This document shows, piece after piece, positions 27,207 to 41,005 of a DNA stretch of 64,000 bases. This DNA comes from Eledone cirrhosa. Lineage: Eukaryota. The stretch is from contig OZ024746.1 of assembly GCA_964016885.1 (NCBI GenBank), positions 62,992,001 through 63,056,000 of the forward strand, read 5' to 3'. Position numbers and translations under genes: made by a program. How positions within the stretch are numbered: position 1 is the first letter of the stretch; each line of letters starts with the position of its first letter. The notes under the pieces were generated by a model. The model did no database searches, was not told the origin of the DNA, and saw only the letters and a program-made list of their open reading frames with translations.

Positions 27207-27321
27207 GATGCGTGTACGCGCAAACACTTATACAAATGAACTCGCACAAACACATGCATACACGAACTCACACGCAGACACACAATCACACACACACACA
27301 CATACACACACACACACACAG

Positions 27322-27354
<33 letters not shown>

Positions 27355-27712
27355 TACACATGTGTATGCATTTCGTCGTTTCTGTAGTAATGTCTGTCTG
27401 AAGGTCGTTAGCCTCTCGTTCCACCCCTCCTCCCTTCTCAACAGGGACCGGATACCAACCCGAATTTTCTAAGTCAAAGAGTATGGGCTTTCATAACCTT
27501 TGAAAGGGGTCCTATAGCCGGGGCCAGGCAATCCCGTGACTCGTGTAGGGCAGGGTCATCATGCTCTCTAGTAATCACTGAAAACATTACCCTCTACCGT
27601 GTGTGACTGAGTCTGCGCGCGTGTGTGTGTATGTGTGTATGTGTGCGCGCATGCGTGTGTATGTGTATGTGTGTGTGTGTGTGTGTGTTTGTGTGTGTGT
27701 GTGAGCGCGTGC

Positions 27713-27744
<32 letters not shown>

Positions 27745-28809
27745 GTGTGTGTGTGAGCGTGTGTGTGTGTGTATGTGTGTATGTGTCAAATCGGACCGAA
27801 GAAACAATGTTTCCGTTGGTCTTTCCAATTGCTAATACTATCTATCGGTCGCTATTCCAGGTAAAAGGAGTAACGGGAAATAAAGTGTCTTGCTCAAGGA
27901 CATAACGCATTAACGCCGGGAATTGAACTCACAACCTCACGATTGCGAATCCAATTCTCTTACCACTCAGCCACGCGTCTTCACACCTTCAAATATAAGA
28001 TGCTTTAAATCCTGTATATCAGAACCATAGGACATGTTGATGAAAACAAAAAGTGTTTCATTTACAAAATAGTTTCACCCCAAACTACCAAAACTCACAT
28101 CTATTTGTATATGCGCTACAATTTATGTACATGTTATGTTTATCGTATATCGAAGTTTTTTTTAACATCTTGGATGATATTTAATGATGGTTTCTGATTT
28201 AGGCACAAGGCCAGCAATTGTAGGGGAGAGGAAAATCGATTAAATCGACCGCAGTGCATTATTGGTACTTTATAATCGACCCCGTAAGGATGAAAGGCAA
28301 AGTTAACCTCGGCGCGATTTGAACTCAGACCATAAAGGGTCATAACTCTATGCTGCAAAGCAAGGTGTCGGACGCTCTACTAATTCTGCCAATCCACCGC
28401 CTTTTAGGATGATATTTAATAATGGTTTCTTATATAGGCACAAGGCTAGTAATTTTTTTTTTTTTTGGGGGGGGGGGAGTCGATTAAATCGACCCCAGTG
28501 CGTGACTGGTACTTTATTTTATCGACCCCATAAGGATGAAAGGCAAAGTTAACCTCGGCGGGATTTGAGCTCAGATCATAAAGAGCCGTAACTCTATGCT
28601 GCAAAGCATGGCGTCCGACCTCTACCGATACTGCCATCAACCGGCCTTTAGGATGATATTTAATAATAACAGCTAAACTAATCACTACAACTAAATTGAC
28701 CAAATCCCCCCCCCCCCCTCCCCAATTCAGAAACAAATGCTTCCACCGCCCCTGATATAAATGTATCATTTAAGTTTAAATATATATAGGCATCTTAACC
28801 TTTATATAC

Positions 28810-28846
<37 letters not shown>

Positions 28847-28885
28847 CTCCCCTCCCCACTCCCTCTCGGAGTTCTTCCCTACTTT

Positions 28886-28918
28886 CCCGATGAAGGACTT
28901 CTGTCCGAAACGTCGTAA
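28886..28918 (+). ncRNA. Variant hammerhead core in a PLE-like 3' end
   Basis: CCGATGA-a-GGAC-ttct-GTCC-GAAAC-gtc-GTA; downstream aagcgtgaagctaataa resembles 7454-7470. Confidence 0.55.
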
Positions 28919-29242
28919 ACCTCCCCCACTCTCATCAAGCGTGAAGCTAATAACACTATTGACTGCTGCGTTTGTTTGTTTATTTGTCCTTTTGAACTAT
29001 ATATGGAGACATGATATGAAGGTGAAAACACACTTGTGAATAGTGCAGTTGATTTAAAACTGCACTATTCACAAGTGTGTTTTAACCTTCATATCATGTC
29101 TCCCTATTTTATCTGACGAAAACGCAAATGTTATTGCATGATGATATTTGTTTTTGAAATGCGCATAATAAAATACCTGGAACTCTTTTAACCATCTTTT
29201 GATCTTATATATTATATATATTTATTTATATATATATATATA

Positions 29243-29297
<55 letters not shown>

Positions 29298-29300
29298 CAT

Positions 29301-29366
<66 letters not shown>

Positions 29367-29373
29367 CATATAC

Positions 29374-29463
<90 letters not shown>

Positions 29464-29573
29464 CATATATATATATATATATATTTATGTATATGTATAT
29501 ATTATATATATATATATATATATTTATGTATATGTATATATTATATATATTTATATATATATATATATATAAA

Positions 29574-29704
<131 letters not shown>

Positions 29705-30452
29705 TTCAGCGCATCGGTAGGGGTTCTCCTACATGGATATAGAGTAGTGGTCGTACTCGAAAACGAGTTGGCAGCCACCATGTATATGTATATGTATATA
29801 TATATACATATACATATACATGGTGGCTGCCAACTCGTTTTCGAGTACGACCACTACTTTATATCCATGTAGGAGAACCCCTACCGATGCGCTGAACGAG
29901 TGTGACTTTTTAGTCCAGCCAGCGACTTGAAAACTCTGGTACAAACACTACACTTGTGACAATTATTGACACATAGTGATGGGCCCATGGTACCATGTGA
30001 CGACAAGTGCAGAGAGATCTCCAGATATAAAGCAATGCCTGTGCCGTGAAGCTTTTATAGTGAGCAAAGCCAGTCCCACTCTCTTAACCAAGATGATATT
30101 TACCAAAAAGAAGAACAAGTCAACAACATTGGATACCATCAGGGTTGCAGGTGTTATAGTTTTCCTTCTCCTAGAATTCTGCCTTGACAAAGGCTAAGGG
30201 GTCATCTCTCCCGGTGATTTTGGATGGCCATTGACTCTTAAGAGCTCCTTTGCCCTTTGACAGGTTTTGTTTTTAGACCTGCAGGATGTCCAAAGTCACC
30301 CTCCTCACCAAGAAACCTTGGTGGGGTTGCCAGTTTAGTCGCCAACGACCCGACCATGAGACAGGTTGTACTGGGATACATGTTACCAGTAACACCAACT
30401 GGTGACCTGACTTATACATATACATACATAACGTGGAAGATAGATGTTAAAC

Positions 30453-30483
<31 letters not shown>

Positions 30484-30748
30484 ATATACACACACATACA
30501 TACATATATATAGGCAGACATAACAGTCATTTCAAAACGTGACTAAGTTATTTTTATCTGAAGCTGGAAAACTATGCTGAATCTTTGGGTTATTTATTGT
30601 AATTATAACAACCTTAATTCGTTAATGTAACCGGATTCTTCTGACAAACAGCCTTTGTTGCATCACTTCACATTTAAGAAATTATACACCCACACTTACA
30701 CAAATACATACACACACGCACACACACACACAGATACACACACACACA

Positions 30749-30812
<64 letters not shown>

Positions 30813-30927
30813 GATGCGTGTACGCGCAAACACTTATACAAATGAACTCGCACAAACACATGCATACACGAACTCACACGCAGACACACAATCACACACA
30901 CACACACATACACACACACACACACAG

Positions 30928-30960
<33 letters not shown>

Positions 30961-31572
30961 TACACATGTGTATGCATTTCGTCGTTTCTGTAGTAATGTC
31001 TGTCTGAAGGTCGTTAGCCTCTCGTTCCACCCCTCCTCCCTTCTCAACAGGGACCGGATACCAACCCGAATTTTCTAAGTCAAAGAGTATGGGCTTTCAT
31101 AACCTTTGAAAGGGGTCCTATAGCCGGGGCCAGGCAATCCCGTGACTCGTGTAGGGCAGGGTCATCATGCTCTCTAGTAATCACTGAAAACATTACCCTC
31201 TACCGTGTGTGACTGAGTCTGCGCGCGTGTGTGTGTATGTGTGTATGTGTGCGCGCATGCGTGTGTATGTGTATGTGTGTGTGTGTGTGTGTGTTTGTGT
31301 GTGTGTGTGAGCGCGTGCGTGTGTGTGTGTGTGTGTGTATGTGTGTGTGTGTGTGTGTGTGAGCGTGTGTGTGTGTGTGAGCGTGTGTGTGTGTGTATGT
31401 GTGTATGTGTGTGCGTGTGTGTGTGCGCGTGTGTATAAGTTCTCGTGTTTGGGATGGATGTTGATAGGGGAATGTGGGGGGGGGGGTTGTAATAGGAAGG
31501 GGTGGAGTCGGAGAAGAAGATAGAGAAAAAGACAATGGCTTTCATACGAATGAAGTAATTTCTATATACAGA

Positions 31573-31760
31573 TAATTGTTTCTACTTTTTTCGTACCAGG
31601 CCAGCAATTATCCCAGTGCATTACTGGTACTTTATTTTATTGCCCCCGTAACGACGAAAGCTAAAGTTAACCTCGGCGAGATTTGAACTCAGACAGTAAA
31701 GGTGCGTAACTCTATGCTGCAAAGCATGGCGCCCGACCTTCTACCGAAACAGCCAATCCA
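31573..31760 (-). mobile_element. tRNA-derived SINE
   Basis: Full-length match to the family. Confidence 0.85.
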
Positions 31761-32039
31761 CATATAATAATGTTGTCCATACTCTAATAACGTATTGAGT
31801 ACCCTCTTTAGCCGTGGTCAACTCCCGACCCCACCCAGACACAGAGGCAAACACCCACATTCACATACATACAAGCGTGCACGCGTTTAAACAGAGAGGG
31901 GAATACACAAAATTGTACATACATCACACACACACACATAACACACAAATATTGTAGCATAGACACGTAGCCACACACTCATATGCATATATAGACTCAT
32001 AAATATATAAAGACATTGCCATTTTAAGTACATACATGA

Positions 32040-32079
<40 letters not shown>

Positions 32080-32096
32080 ATACATACATATATATG

Positions 32097-32330
32097 TTTC
32101 ACCGTATTTTTGACTAAAGGAATTTTAGCCTGATAATGGGGTTTAGAACCCTCAGATAAATGGAAAAAGATGAGTATTGACGTACATGTAAGTCAATACT
32201 CATCTTTTTCCATTTACCTGAGGGTTCTAAACACCATTATCAGGCTAAAATTCCTTTAGTCAAAAATACGGTGAAAGCTATTCTATTTTCTAATTTCAAA
32301 CCTGGTCACTGTTTCAAAACATACTTACTT
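32097..32330. mobile_element. Fold-back mini-element with a long right tail
   Basis: Arms 32097-~32181 / ~32192-32276. The tail resembles 4896-4947. (TA)n on both sides. Confidence 0.8.
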
Positions 32331-32399
32331 ATATATATATATATATATATATATAAATATATATATATACATAAATATATATATATATATATAAATATA

Positions 32400-32479
<80 letters not shown>

Positions 32480-32696
32480 TTAGAGCAAACATCACGGGCG
32501 CTCTATCTCAAAATTATTTTTGAAAAGCATTAGAAATGCGCAACCGGTAAAAACTTAAAACTAAAACTGAATACTAACCAATACTTATTACTAATTTTTA
32601 CTTATTCCTAATTAAACTATTTTTCACTGGGAACAATTTGTCAGCATTTTCTTTTCCTTTTACCAATATATCACAACTCGTGTGTTACACCTCGAT

Positions 32697-32751
<55 letters not shown>

Positions 32752-32757
<6 letters not shown>

Positions 32758-33540
32758 TTGCGAGATTTTTTTATATGAAATCGTGTGTCGAAACAAATAT
32801 TGTTATATTTGGGGAGGGTCATATTATTGTAATACTTTTGCCAGAAATGACAGAACACACTCACTGTTTGGTTGGTTTTCGCTTCTGCATCTTTTATATC
32901 TCCATAGTTAATTCATTTGGCCATCAATGTTTATCATTGACTGACCAGCGGTCAAAAATACAGATATAAATATATACGAATGAAGTCATTTCTATATAAT
33001 AATATATAATAATTTGACTATATATATATATTTATATCTGTATTTTTGACCGTTGGTCAGTCAATGAGAAACATTGATGGCCAAATGAATTAACTTTGGA
33101 GATATAAAAGATGCAGAAGCGAAAACCAACCAAATTGTTTCTACTTTAGGCACAAGGCCAGCAATTACCCAGTGCATTCCTGGTACTTTATTTTATCGAC
33201 CCCGTAAGGATGAAAGGCAAAGTCAACCTCGGCAGGATTTGAACTCAGATCGTAAAGGGACGTAACTATGCTGGAAAGCATGGCGTCCGATCCTCTACCG
33301 ATACTGCCAATTAATATGCGGTGGATTGGCAGTATCAGTAGAGGGTCGGACGCCATGCTTTCCAGCATAGTTACGTCCCTTTACGGACTGAGTTCAAATC
33401 CCGCCGAGGTTGACTTTGCCTTTCATCCTTACGGGGTCGATAAAATAAAGTACCAGTAATGCACTGGGTAATTGCTGGCCTTGTGCCTAAAGTAGAAACA
33501 ATTATTACAATAGTATGACTCTCCCCAAATATAACAATAC
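32752..33540. mobile_element. Fold-back region with a head-to-head SINE pair (33133-33312 -, 33317-33503 +) in the right arm
   Basis: 32866-32975 is mirrored at 33025-33134 and 32797-32833 at ~33504-33539. The left end is related to the tail of the 59290 family. Confidence 0.75.
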
Positions 33541-33704
33541 ATATATATATAATTAAAAGTTTAACGAGGTTCAATGAATTCATCAATGAATAAAGTTTCA
33601 CAATAGATTAGAAGCACTCTACAGTAAGGTTTTCTGGAGTTATTAATATTACTTCAAAATGAGAGAGAGAGGGAGAGAGAGAGAGAGGGGGGGGGGGGAA
33701 GAGA

Positions 33705-33747
<43 letters not shown>

Positions 33748-33919
33748 AACACATATACTACCCATTAATAATACTACGTTTACATGGTGGATCACCTCCT
33801 GCGCGAAAAAAAAATACACGTCACTGTTAATCACGTGAGTTTGGCTGGCGGATATGACATAAGTAAACAAAACAGACTGTGTGTCACAGAGAGCAAGAGC
33901 AGAAGAGGAAGCGGGATGT

Positions 33920-33994
<75 letters not shown>

Positions 33995-34714
33995 TATGGG
34001 GGGGGGGAGTATCATCATCATCATCATTATTTAACGTACGTTTCTCCAGCCGAGATAGAGATGATTAAAAAAATGTCTTTGCCGTTTTAGTAAGTTACCA
34101 GCATATGGAATTATGTAAGCAACCATGCTTAAAAGAAAAAATCAAATGAAAAACAACAATAATAAAAGACCATAGGAGATGTTCCTTTCCTAAATTTGAT
34201 GCAGTGTTATATATTTTGAGGTTTCTGAGGATCCAGATGCATTGAAAATGAATAAATGTACGGATATTTTCGTTTCTTTTCCCTTCTTTTAGCGTGGTTA
34301 CTTGTACATAAAGTACCGGGTTGATTCTTCCTCTACATCTCTTTCTCATCTCCTCTCTCTCACTTTCTATTTTTCTCTGGAAGGAATCTGCTAGAGATGG
34401 ATGGGCTCTGCCAGGCTTAAAATACTCAAGAAACGCCGTACTCTATCAGGAGTTACGGGACAATACATACGTACTTGTACATAAATGTAAATGTAATGAA
34501 AATGAAAAATGAGAAAATTAGAGACAGAAATATAAACTTTATATAACAATGCAAGTATATGAACGTATATATAAGCGATGTGATATAGCATACGTTATAC
34601 CATAACCATTTGAACATTTTAAAAGAAGTGAATCTTAAACTAAGCAATCATTATATATAAGAATATTTATGTTTAATCAACAGTACATAAATTATCTAAT
34701 ATTCATTCATTAAA

Positions 34715-34905
34715 GGCGGTGGATTGGCAGTATCGGTAGAGAGTCGGACACCATGCTTTGCAGCATAGAGTTACGGTCCTTTATGGTCTGAGTTCAAATC
34801 CCGCCGAGGTTAACTTTGCCTTTCATCCTTACGGGGTCGATAAAATAAAGTACCAGTAATGCACTGGGTTATTGCTGGCTTTGTGCCAAAAGTAGAAACA
34901 ATTAT
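34715..34905 (+). mobile_element. Full-length tRNA-derived SINE
   Basis: A box, B box, core and ATT tail. Confidence 0.92.
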
Positions 34906-35151
34906 TTATTCAAAGTAATCCAACTTATTTCACTAACGGGATAAAACAATATATTCAAGACACAATCCCGCACTTCTCCCTATATTATATTATGATTTAT
35001 GGGCTGTAATTTTACATTCGTACAATTTTGGGATATTTTACCCTATGCATTACTCCTTGGATGAATTTGCTCTTTAATTTTCTTTTTTACATATTTCAAC
35101 AAAGTTGATCTTTCTTTACGTTGGGGCTGCCAACTATTAAGATAGATTAGT

Positions 35152-35920
35152 TAGGATAAGGCTCAACTGAAACTGGTAATACTCGCACCTCAAGGCTACA
35201 GTTGATATTGTAGGATAAAGCTCAACTGAAACTGGTAATACACACACTTCAAGGCTATAGCTGTTACTGTAGACTAAGGCTCAACTAAAACTGGTAATAC
35301 TCGCTCCTCAATGCTATAGCTGATACTGTAGACTAAGGCTCAACTAAAACTGGTAATACTCGCTCCTCAATGATATAGCTGATACTGTAGACTAAGGCTC
35401 AACTAAAACTGGTAATACTCGCTCCTCAATGATATAGCTGTTACTGTAGACTAAGGCTCAACTAAAACTGGTAATACTCGCTCCTCAATGATATAGCTGT
35501 TACTGTAGACTAAGGCTCAACTAAAACTGGTAATACTCGCTCCTCAATGATATAGCTGTTACTGTAGACTAAGGCTCAACTAAAACTGGTAATACTCGCT
35601 CCTCAATGATATAGCTGATACTGTAGACTAAGGCTCAACTAAAACTGGTAATATTCGCTATCAGGGCTATAGCTGATACTGTAGAATAAAGCTCAACTGA
35701 AACTAGTAATACTCGCACCTCAAGGCTACAGTTGATACTGTACAATATGACTCAACTGAAACTGACAATATTCGCACCTCAAGGCTACAGTTGATACTGT
35801 ACAATATGACTCAACTGAAACTGGTAATACTCGCACCTCAAGGCTACAGTTGATACTGTACAATATGACTCAACTGAAACTGGTAATACTCGCACCTCAA
35901 GGCTACAGTTGATACTGTAG
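35152..35920. repeat. 59-bp minisatellite, about 13 units
   Basis: Unit ctgtagactaaggctcaactaaaactggtaatactcgctcctcaatgatatagctgtta. Confidence 0.95.
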
Positions 35921-36119
35921 ATATCCAGTAACACCGTATGTTTAAATTTATCTTGGTTTCTACTGTTTTATGAATGAACGGATTGTTGATTTAGGAAACA
36001 TCCGTATGGAAGTAACTAGCTTATCAGGATTTGGAGTTGACTGAGTTTCGATATGTTATTTCTTAAAAGTTTCCGCGTTCTACTTAGTGCAATGCTTGGA
36101 GGGTTCTGGCACTCGGCCC

Positions 36120-36218
<99 letters not shown>

Positions 36219-36572
36219 TGCGAGTGTGTGTAATTTTCTTCATGTATTTCCAGCGATCACTATTACTTGGTGCATTGCAGCGTTTCTCAGCGTGTCAGAA
36301 CATAAAGATATTGAGAAATTACATCTCTCGGTCTATCGCAGTCGTTTTTACCTGTAGCAATTCGCTGCAGACTGCGAATTGGCAAAGTCGTTAGAATTCT
36401 TTAAGGTATTCGTCTTTCAACTGTGGGGCGGGGGGGGGGGGGGGGCTGTGTGTTTGTGTGCGCGCGCGTGGGCGTGTGTGGGCGTGTGTGTGTGTGCGCG
36501 CGCGTGGGCGTGCGTGGGCGTGTGTGTGTGTGTGTGTGTATAACATCATCTAACGTCCGTTTTCTCTGCTAG

Positions 36573-36616
<44 letters not shown>

Positions 36617-37074
36617 TGGCTCGTTATAATTATTATATATATATATTTCAGATACGCTCCGCAGATAAGATGGTGAGAGCGTTACCACGGAGTGTAGCTA
36701 GCGACAACCGCTGCATCAGCCATTCCACCTCAGTGGCTACTTCTTCAGGCAAGATAACACCCTTCCTGAAGAAACCATGGACACCGAAGATCTCGATGAC
36801 AACAGGCAACAAAAAGGAAGAGATCAGTCAAATCCCGGTGTTTGGCTATCTTTTGCTCCTCTGCTTTACGGGTGGCGGTACCGGGATTTGTGGCCGAATC
36901 GACAATATCACCACAGCTTAGAGCAGAGAACTAAACTTATTTATTTACCGTCAGATTGAATTATGAAAAATAATTTTTAGCGACATCAGATACTCAATAA
37001 CAAAAACAAAAAAACAACAACAAAAAAAAACAGAATTTGAAAATTGGCAGAAATAATTTTATAATTTCGGTACT

Positions 37075-37270
37075 TCTTGCCCTTTTGCCATAGGCCCAAA
37101 GCCCAATCACCCTCCCTGCCCTTTCTACTGCGATACCAGAGCTCTGCCACGCCCCTCTTCCCGATCTTTTTCTTCTTTCTTTCTCCCCTTCTTCTTTTTT
37201 TTGTATTGTTTTTTTTTTCTTTTTTCTATATTTCCCTATTCTTTCTTTCCTTTTGTTTCCCCTTCTTTAA
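37075..37270. repeat. Unclassified dispersed repeat (inverted copy at ~51345-51530)
   Basis: taggcccaaagcccaatcaccctccc shared, followed by a pyrimidine tract. Confidence 0.6.
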
Positions 37271-37544
37271 AACGAGATAAAATGTCAAGCAAACACATAT
37301 ACATAATGTAGATAGTCACACACACACACACACACACATACATTCCCCCTACAGATACAAATAACCAGGGGCGGTGGAGGGGACCATGCCCTTCCTTCTC
37401 TTGTAATGTTCTTCTTTAGTCATATATAATGTTTATGTAATTTAAAATAAAATAATTATTAGATTCTCCTACTACTGTATCAATATGAATCACTTACAAT
37501 AAAATTCTGTGTGAGTGTGAGTATGTAAGTATGTGTGTATGTGT

Positions 37545-37870
37545 GTATTATGTATGTGAGTATTATGTATGTATTATGTGTGTATTATGTATGTGAGTAT
37601 TATGTATGTGAGTATTATGTATGTATTATGTGTGTATTATGTGTGTATTATGTATGTGAGTATTATGTATGCACTATGTGTGTATTATGTATGTGAGTAT
37701 TATGTATGTATTATGTGTGTATTATGTATGTGAGTATTATGTATGTATTATGTGTGTATTATGTATGTGAGTATTATGTATGTATTATGTGTGTATTATG
37801 TATGTGAGTATTATGTATGTATTATGTGTGTATTATGTATGTGAGTATTATGTATGTATGTATGTATTAT
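37545..37870. repeat. Higher-order satellite built from TATTATGT units (~37-bp period)
   Basis: tattatgtatgtgag-tattatgtatg-tattatgtgtg repeated. Confidence 0.85.
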
Positions 37871-38455
37871 GTCAGGTCACCAGTTGGTGCTACTGGTAAC
37901 ATGTATCCCAGTACAACATGTCTTATGGTCGGGTCGTTGGCGAATAAACTGGCAACCCCACCAAGGTTTCTTGGTGAGGAGGGTGACTTTGGACATCCTG
38001 CAGGACTAAAAACAAAACCTGTCAAAGGGCAAAGGAGCTCTTAAGAGTCAATGGCCATCCAAAATCACCGGGAGAGATGACCCCTTAGCCTTTGTCAAGG
38101 CAGAATTCTAGGAGAAGGAAAACTCTGATATAACACCTGCAACCCTGATGGTATCCAATGATGTTGACTTGTTCTTCTTTTTGGTAAATATCATCTTGGT
38201 TAAGAGAGTGGGACTGGCTTTGTGCAGTGCCTTTGCCCACTATAAAAGTTTCTGGAGATCTCTCTGCACTTGTCGTCATATGGTACCATGGTCCCAGCAC
38301 TGTGTCAATAATTGTCACAAGTGTAGTGTTTGTACCAGAGTTTTCAAGTCGCTGGCTGGACTAAAAAGTCACACTCCTTCAGCGCATCGGTAGGGGTTCT
38401 CCTACATGGATATAAAGTAGTGGCCGTACTCGAAAACGAGTTGGCAGTCACCATG
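37871..38455 (+). mobile_element. Full-length non-autonomous RTE-derived element, family 1
   Basis: Same 5' end (gtcaggtcacc) and 3' end as 26211-26803; ATGT-type flanks. Confidence 0.8.
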
Positions 38456-38473
38456 TATTATGTATGTATGTAT

Positions 38474-39512
38474 GTCAGGGCATTCTTCTAGGAGAAGGCA
38501 ACTCAGGAAACTGGGATAACTCCCATATAAAACCTGCGGCTCAGTAGTTACCGATGATGCTGATCTTTTCTTCTTTTTGGGTTACAGCTACTGTCGCTCA
38601 GAGAGTGGGATTGGCTCAGTGCACAGTTTTTCCTCACTTTAAAAAATATCTTCACGCACAGGCATTGCACGATAGAATTAATTAATAATGGTATATCGTG
38701 CAATGGCCATACTCGATAACGAGAGGGCAGCCATCATTATGTATGTATGTATGTATGTATGTATGTATGTATGTATGTATGTATGTATTATGTATGTATT
38801 ATGTAGGTATGTATGTATGTATGTGTTATGGCTTTGTGCAGTGCCTTTGCTCACTATAAAAGCTTCACGGCGCAGGCATTGCTTTATATCTGGAGATCTC
38901 TCTGCACTTGTCATCACATGGTACCATGGGCCCAGCACTATGTGTCAATAATTGTGACAAGTGTAGCGTTTGTACCAGAGTTTTCAAGTCGCTGGCTGGA
39001 CTAAAATGTCACACTCCTTCAGCGCATCGGTAGGGGTTCTCCTACATGGATATAAAGTAGTGGCCGTACTCGAAAACGAGTTGGCAGCCACCATGTGTTA
39101 TGTATGTATTATGTATGTATGTATTATGTATGTATTATGTATGTATTATGTATTATTGTGTATGTATGTATTATGTATGTATGTGTTAATCGTTTTGACT
39201 GAGTGGTGGTGATGGCAGTTAATATTTGTTTCTACTTTAGGCACAAGGCCAGCAATATTGTTGTAAATATGTATGTATGTATGAGTGTTCCGGATTAAAA
39301 TAACATATGGTGGTACATAAAGATTGTGTCCCACAGAGTGACACCACCGGTCCTGTGGAAAGCACAACCCTCTTATGTCACCTATGTCGTAAACCAGGCA
39401 GATCTACAGCTGGTCTACAAAGTCATCTACGAAGTCACGGACGCAGATGGGATGATAAGGAAGAATCAATAAGAGACGGCTATCGTCTGTGAAGACGCTG
39501 CAATCCTCATGT
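38474..39512 (+). mobile_element. Stack of further RTE-derived fragments separated by (ATGT)n
   Basis: 38474-38740 (ctaggagaaggcaactc), 38828-39095 (family 1 3' part), 39300-39512 (CHLCRKPGRSTAGLQSHLRSH finger). Confidence 0.7.
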
Positions 39513-39569
39513 ATATGTGTATGAATGTATTATGTATGTATGTTAGTATGTATTTATATATGTATGTAT

Positions 39570-40093
39570 GTCAGGTCGCTCTCAAGTGCTACTGGTAACA
39601 TGTAACCCTGTACAATCTGTCTCATGGTCGGGTCGTCGGCGACTAAACCAGCAACCCCACCAAGCTTGCTTGGTGAGGAGGGTGATATTTGGACACCCTG
39701 CGAGATGAAATACAAGACCCGGCAAAGCGCGGAGGAACTCAGCAGAGTCAACGGCCATCCAAATGGTACTTTTTGTTTTTTCACCTGGGTGTAAAAGGAC
39801 CCCAGTTGTTGTCACAACACCTTTCTAGGAGAGGGAAACTCTGAAAAAAAACCTGTGGCTTCGGAAGCATCCGATGATATTGACTAGTTCTCCTTTTCGG
39901 GTAGTGTTTCCGATGCTCAGAGAGTGGGATTGGTCAAGTGCAAGGCTTTCCCCACTTAAAAAAACCTTCAAAGTACAGGCATTGCTTGTCCAGGATATGT
40001 TACAGGTGTGGCTGGCCGTAGCCTAAAAGAGCAGCAAACTCTATAATCTGACAAGCGATTGCAATACTCTTAACAGAATTTGCAGCCATCATG
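39570..40093 (+). mobile_element. Full-length non-autonomous RTE-derived element, family 2
   Basis: 5' ~130 nt homologous to family 1; ctaggagagggaaactctga; (ATGT)n on both sides. Confidence 0.8.
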
Positions 40094-40099
40094 TATGTA

Positions 40100-40158
<59 letters not shown>

Positions 40159-40294
40159 GTGTCTGTGTGTGTTGTGTGTGTGTGTATGCGCGTGTGTGTA
40201 AGTATGTTTTATTTTCTTCATGTATTCCCAGCGATCACTATTATTTGGTGTATTGCAGCATTTATCAGTGTATATATATAATCGCTATATTTAG

Positions 40295-40391
<97 letters not shown>

Positions 40392-41005
40392 TTGCTATAT
40401 GTAGATATGCAGGTTAAACGTTAAAAAGTACACAACCAGAATTGAACAAAAGCGAAGACCGTGTAAAACTGAAGACTTCTCAGTCAATGTCAGAAAGACA
40501 CTGTTTTTTGTCGGCAGACATAAAATAATATTGATACACGTGTGACCCCTTAACAACAGCTACAGTTAATTATAAAGGAATGTGTTAGGACAGGTGAATA
40601 CCTAGTTGACTAGGTGGCTGTTTATGGGAGAGGAGAGGGTAAATTTAGGTTAGTGTGTGTGTTTGTATGTATGTACGTGTGTATGTATGTACGTATGTAT
40701 GTATGTATGTATGTAAGTATGTAAGTATGTACGTATGTATGTATGTATGTATCTATGTACGTATGTATGTATGTACGTACGTATGTATGTACGTGTGTAT
40801 GTAAGTATGTATGTATGTATGTATGTATGTATGTATGTATGTATGTACGTATGTATGTACGTGTGTATGTATGTATGTATGTATGTATGTATGTATGTAT
40901 GTATGTATGTATGTATGTACGTGTGTATGTACGTATGTATGTATGTAAGTATGTAAGTATGTATGTATGTATGTATGTATGTATGTACGTATGTATGTAC
41001 GGGCA

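Noticed and set aside
34715-34805. tRNA gene
   Set aside because: A and B boxes belong to a SINE head followed by core and tail, in ~30 copies.
35152-35920. CRISPR-like appearance of the 59-bp and 39-bp arrays
   Set aside because: No unique spacers, no cas genes, eukaryotic context.
37960-37990. Twister ribozyme, suggested by GAGGAGGG
   Set aside because: No GUCCCAAGCCC-type loop or UAA cleavage strand in the required arrangement.
38310-38393. Host C2H2 zinc-finger gene
   Set aside because: A single finger at the 3' end of a multi-copy RTE-derived element; not an array and no exon structure.
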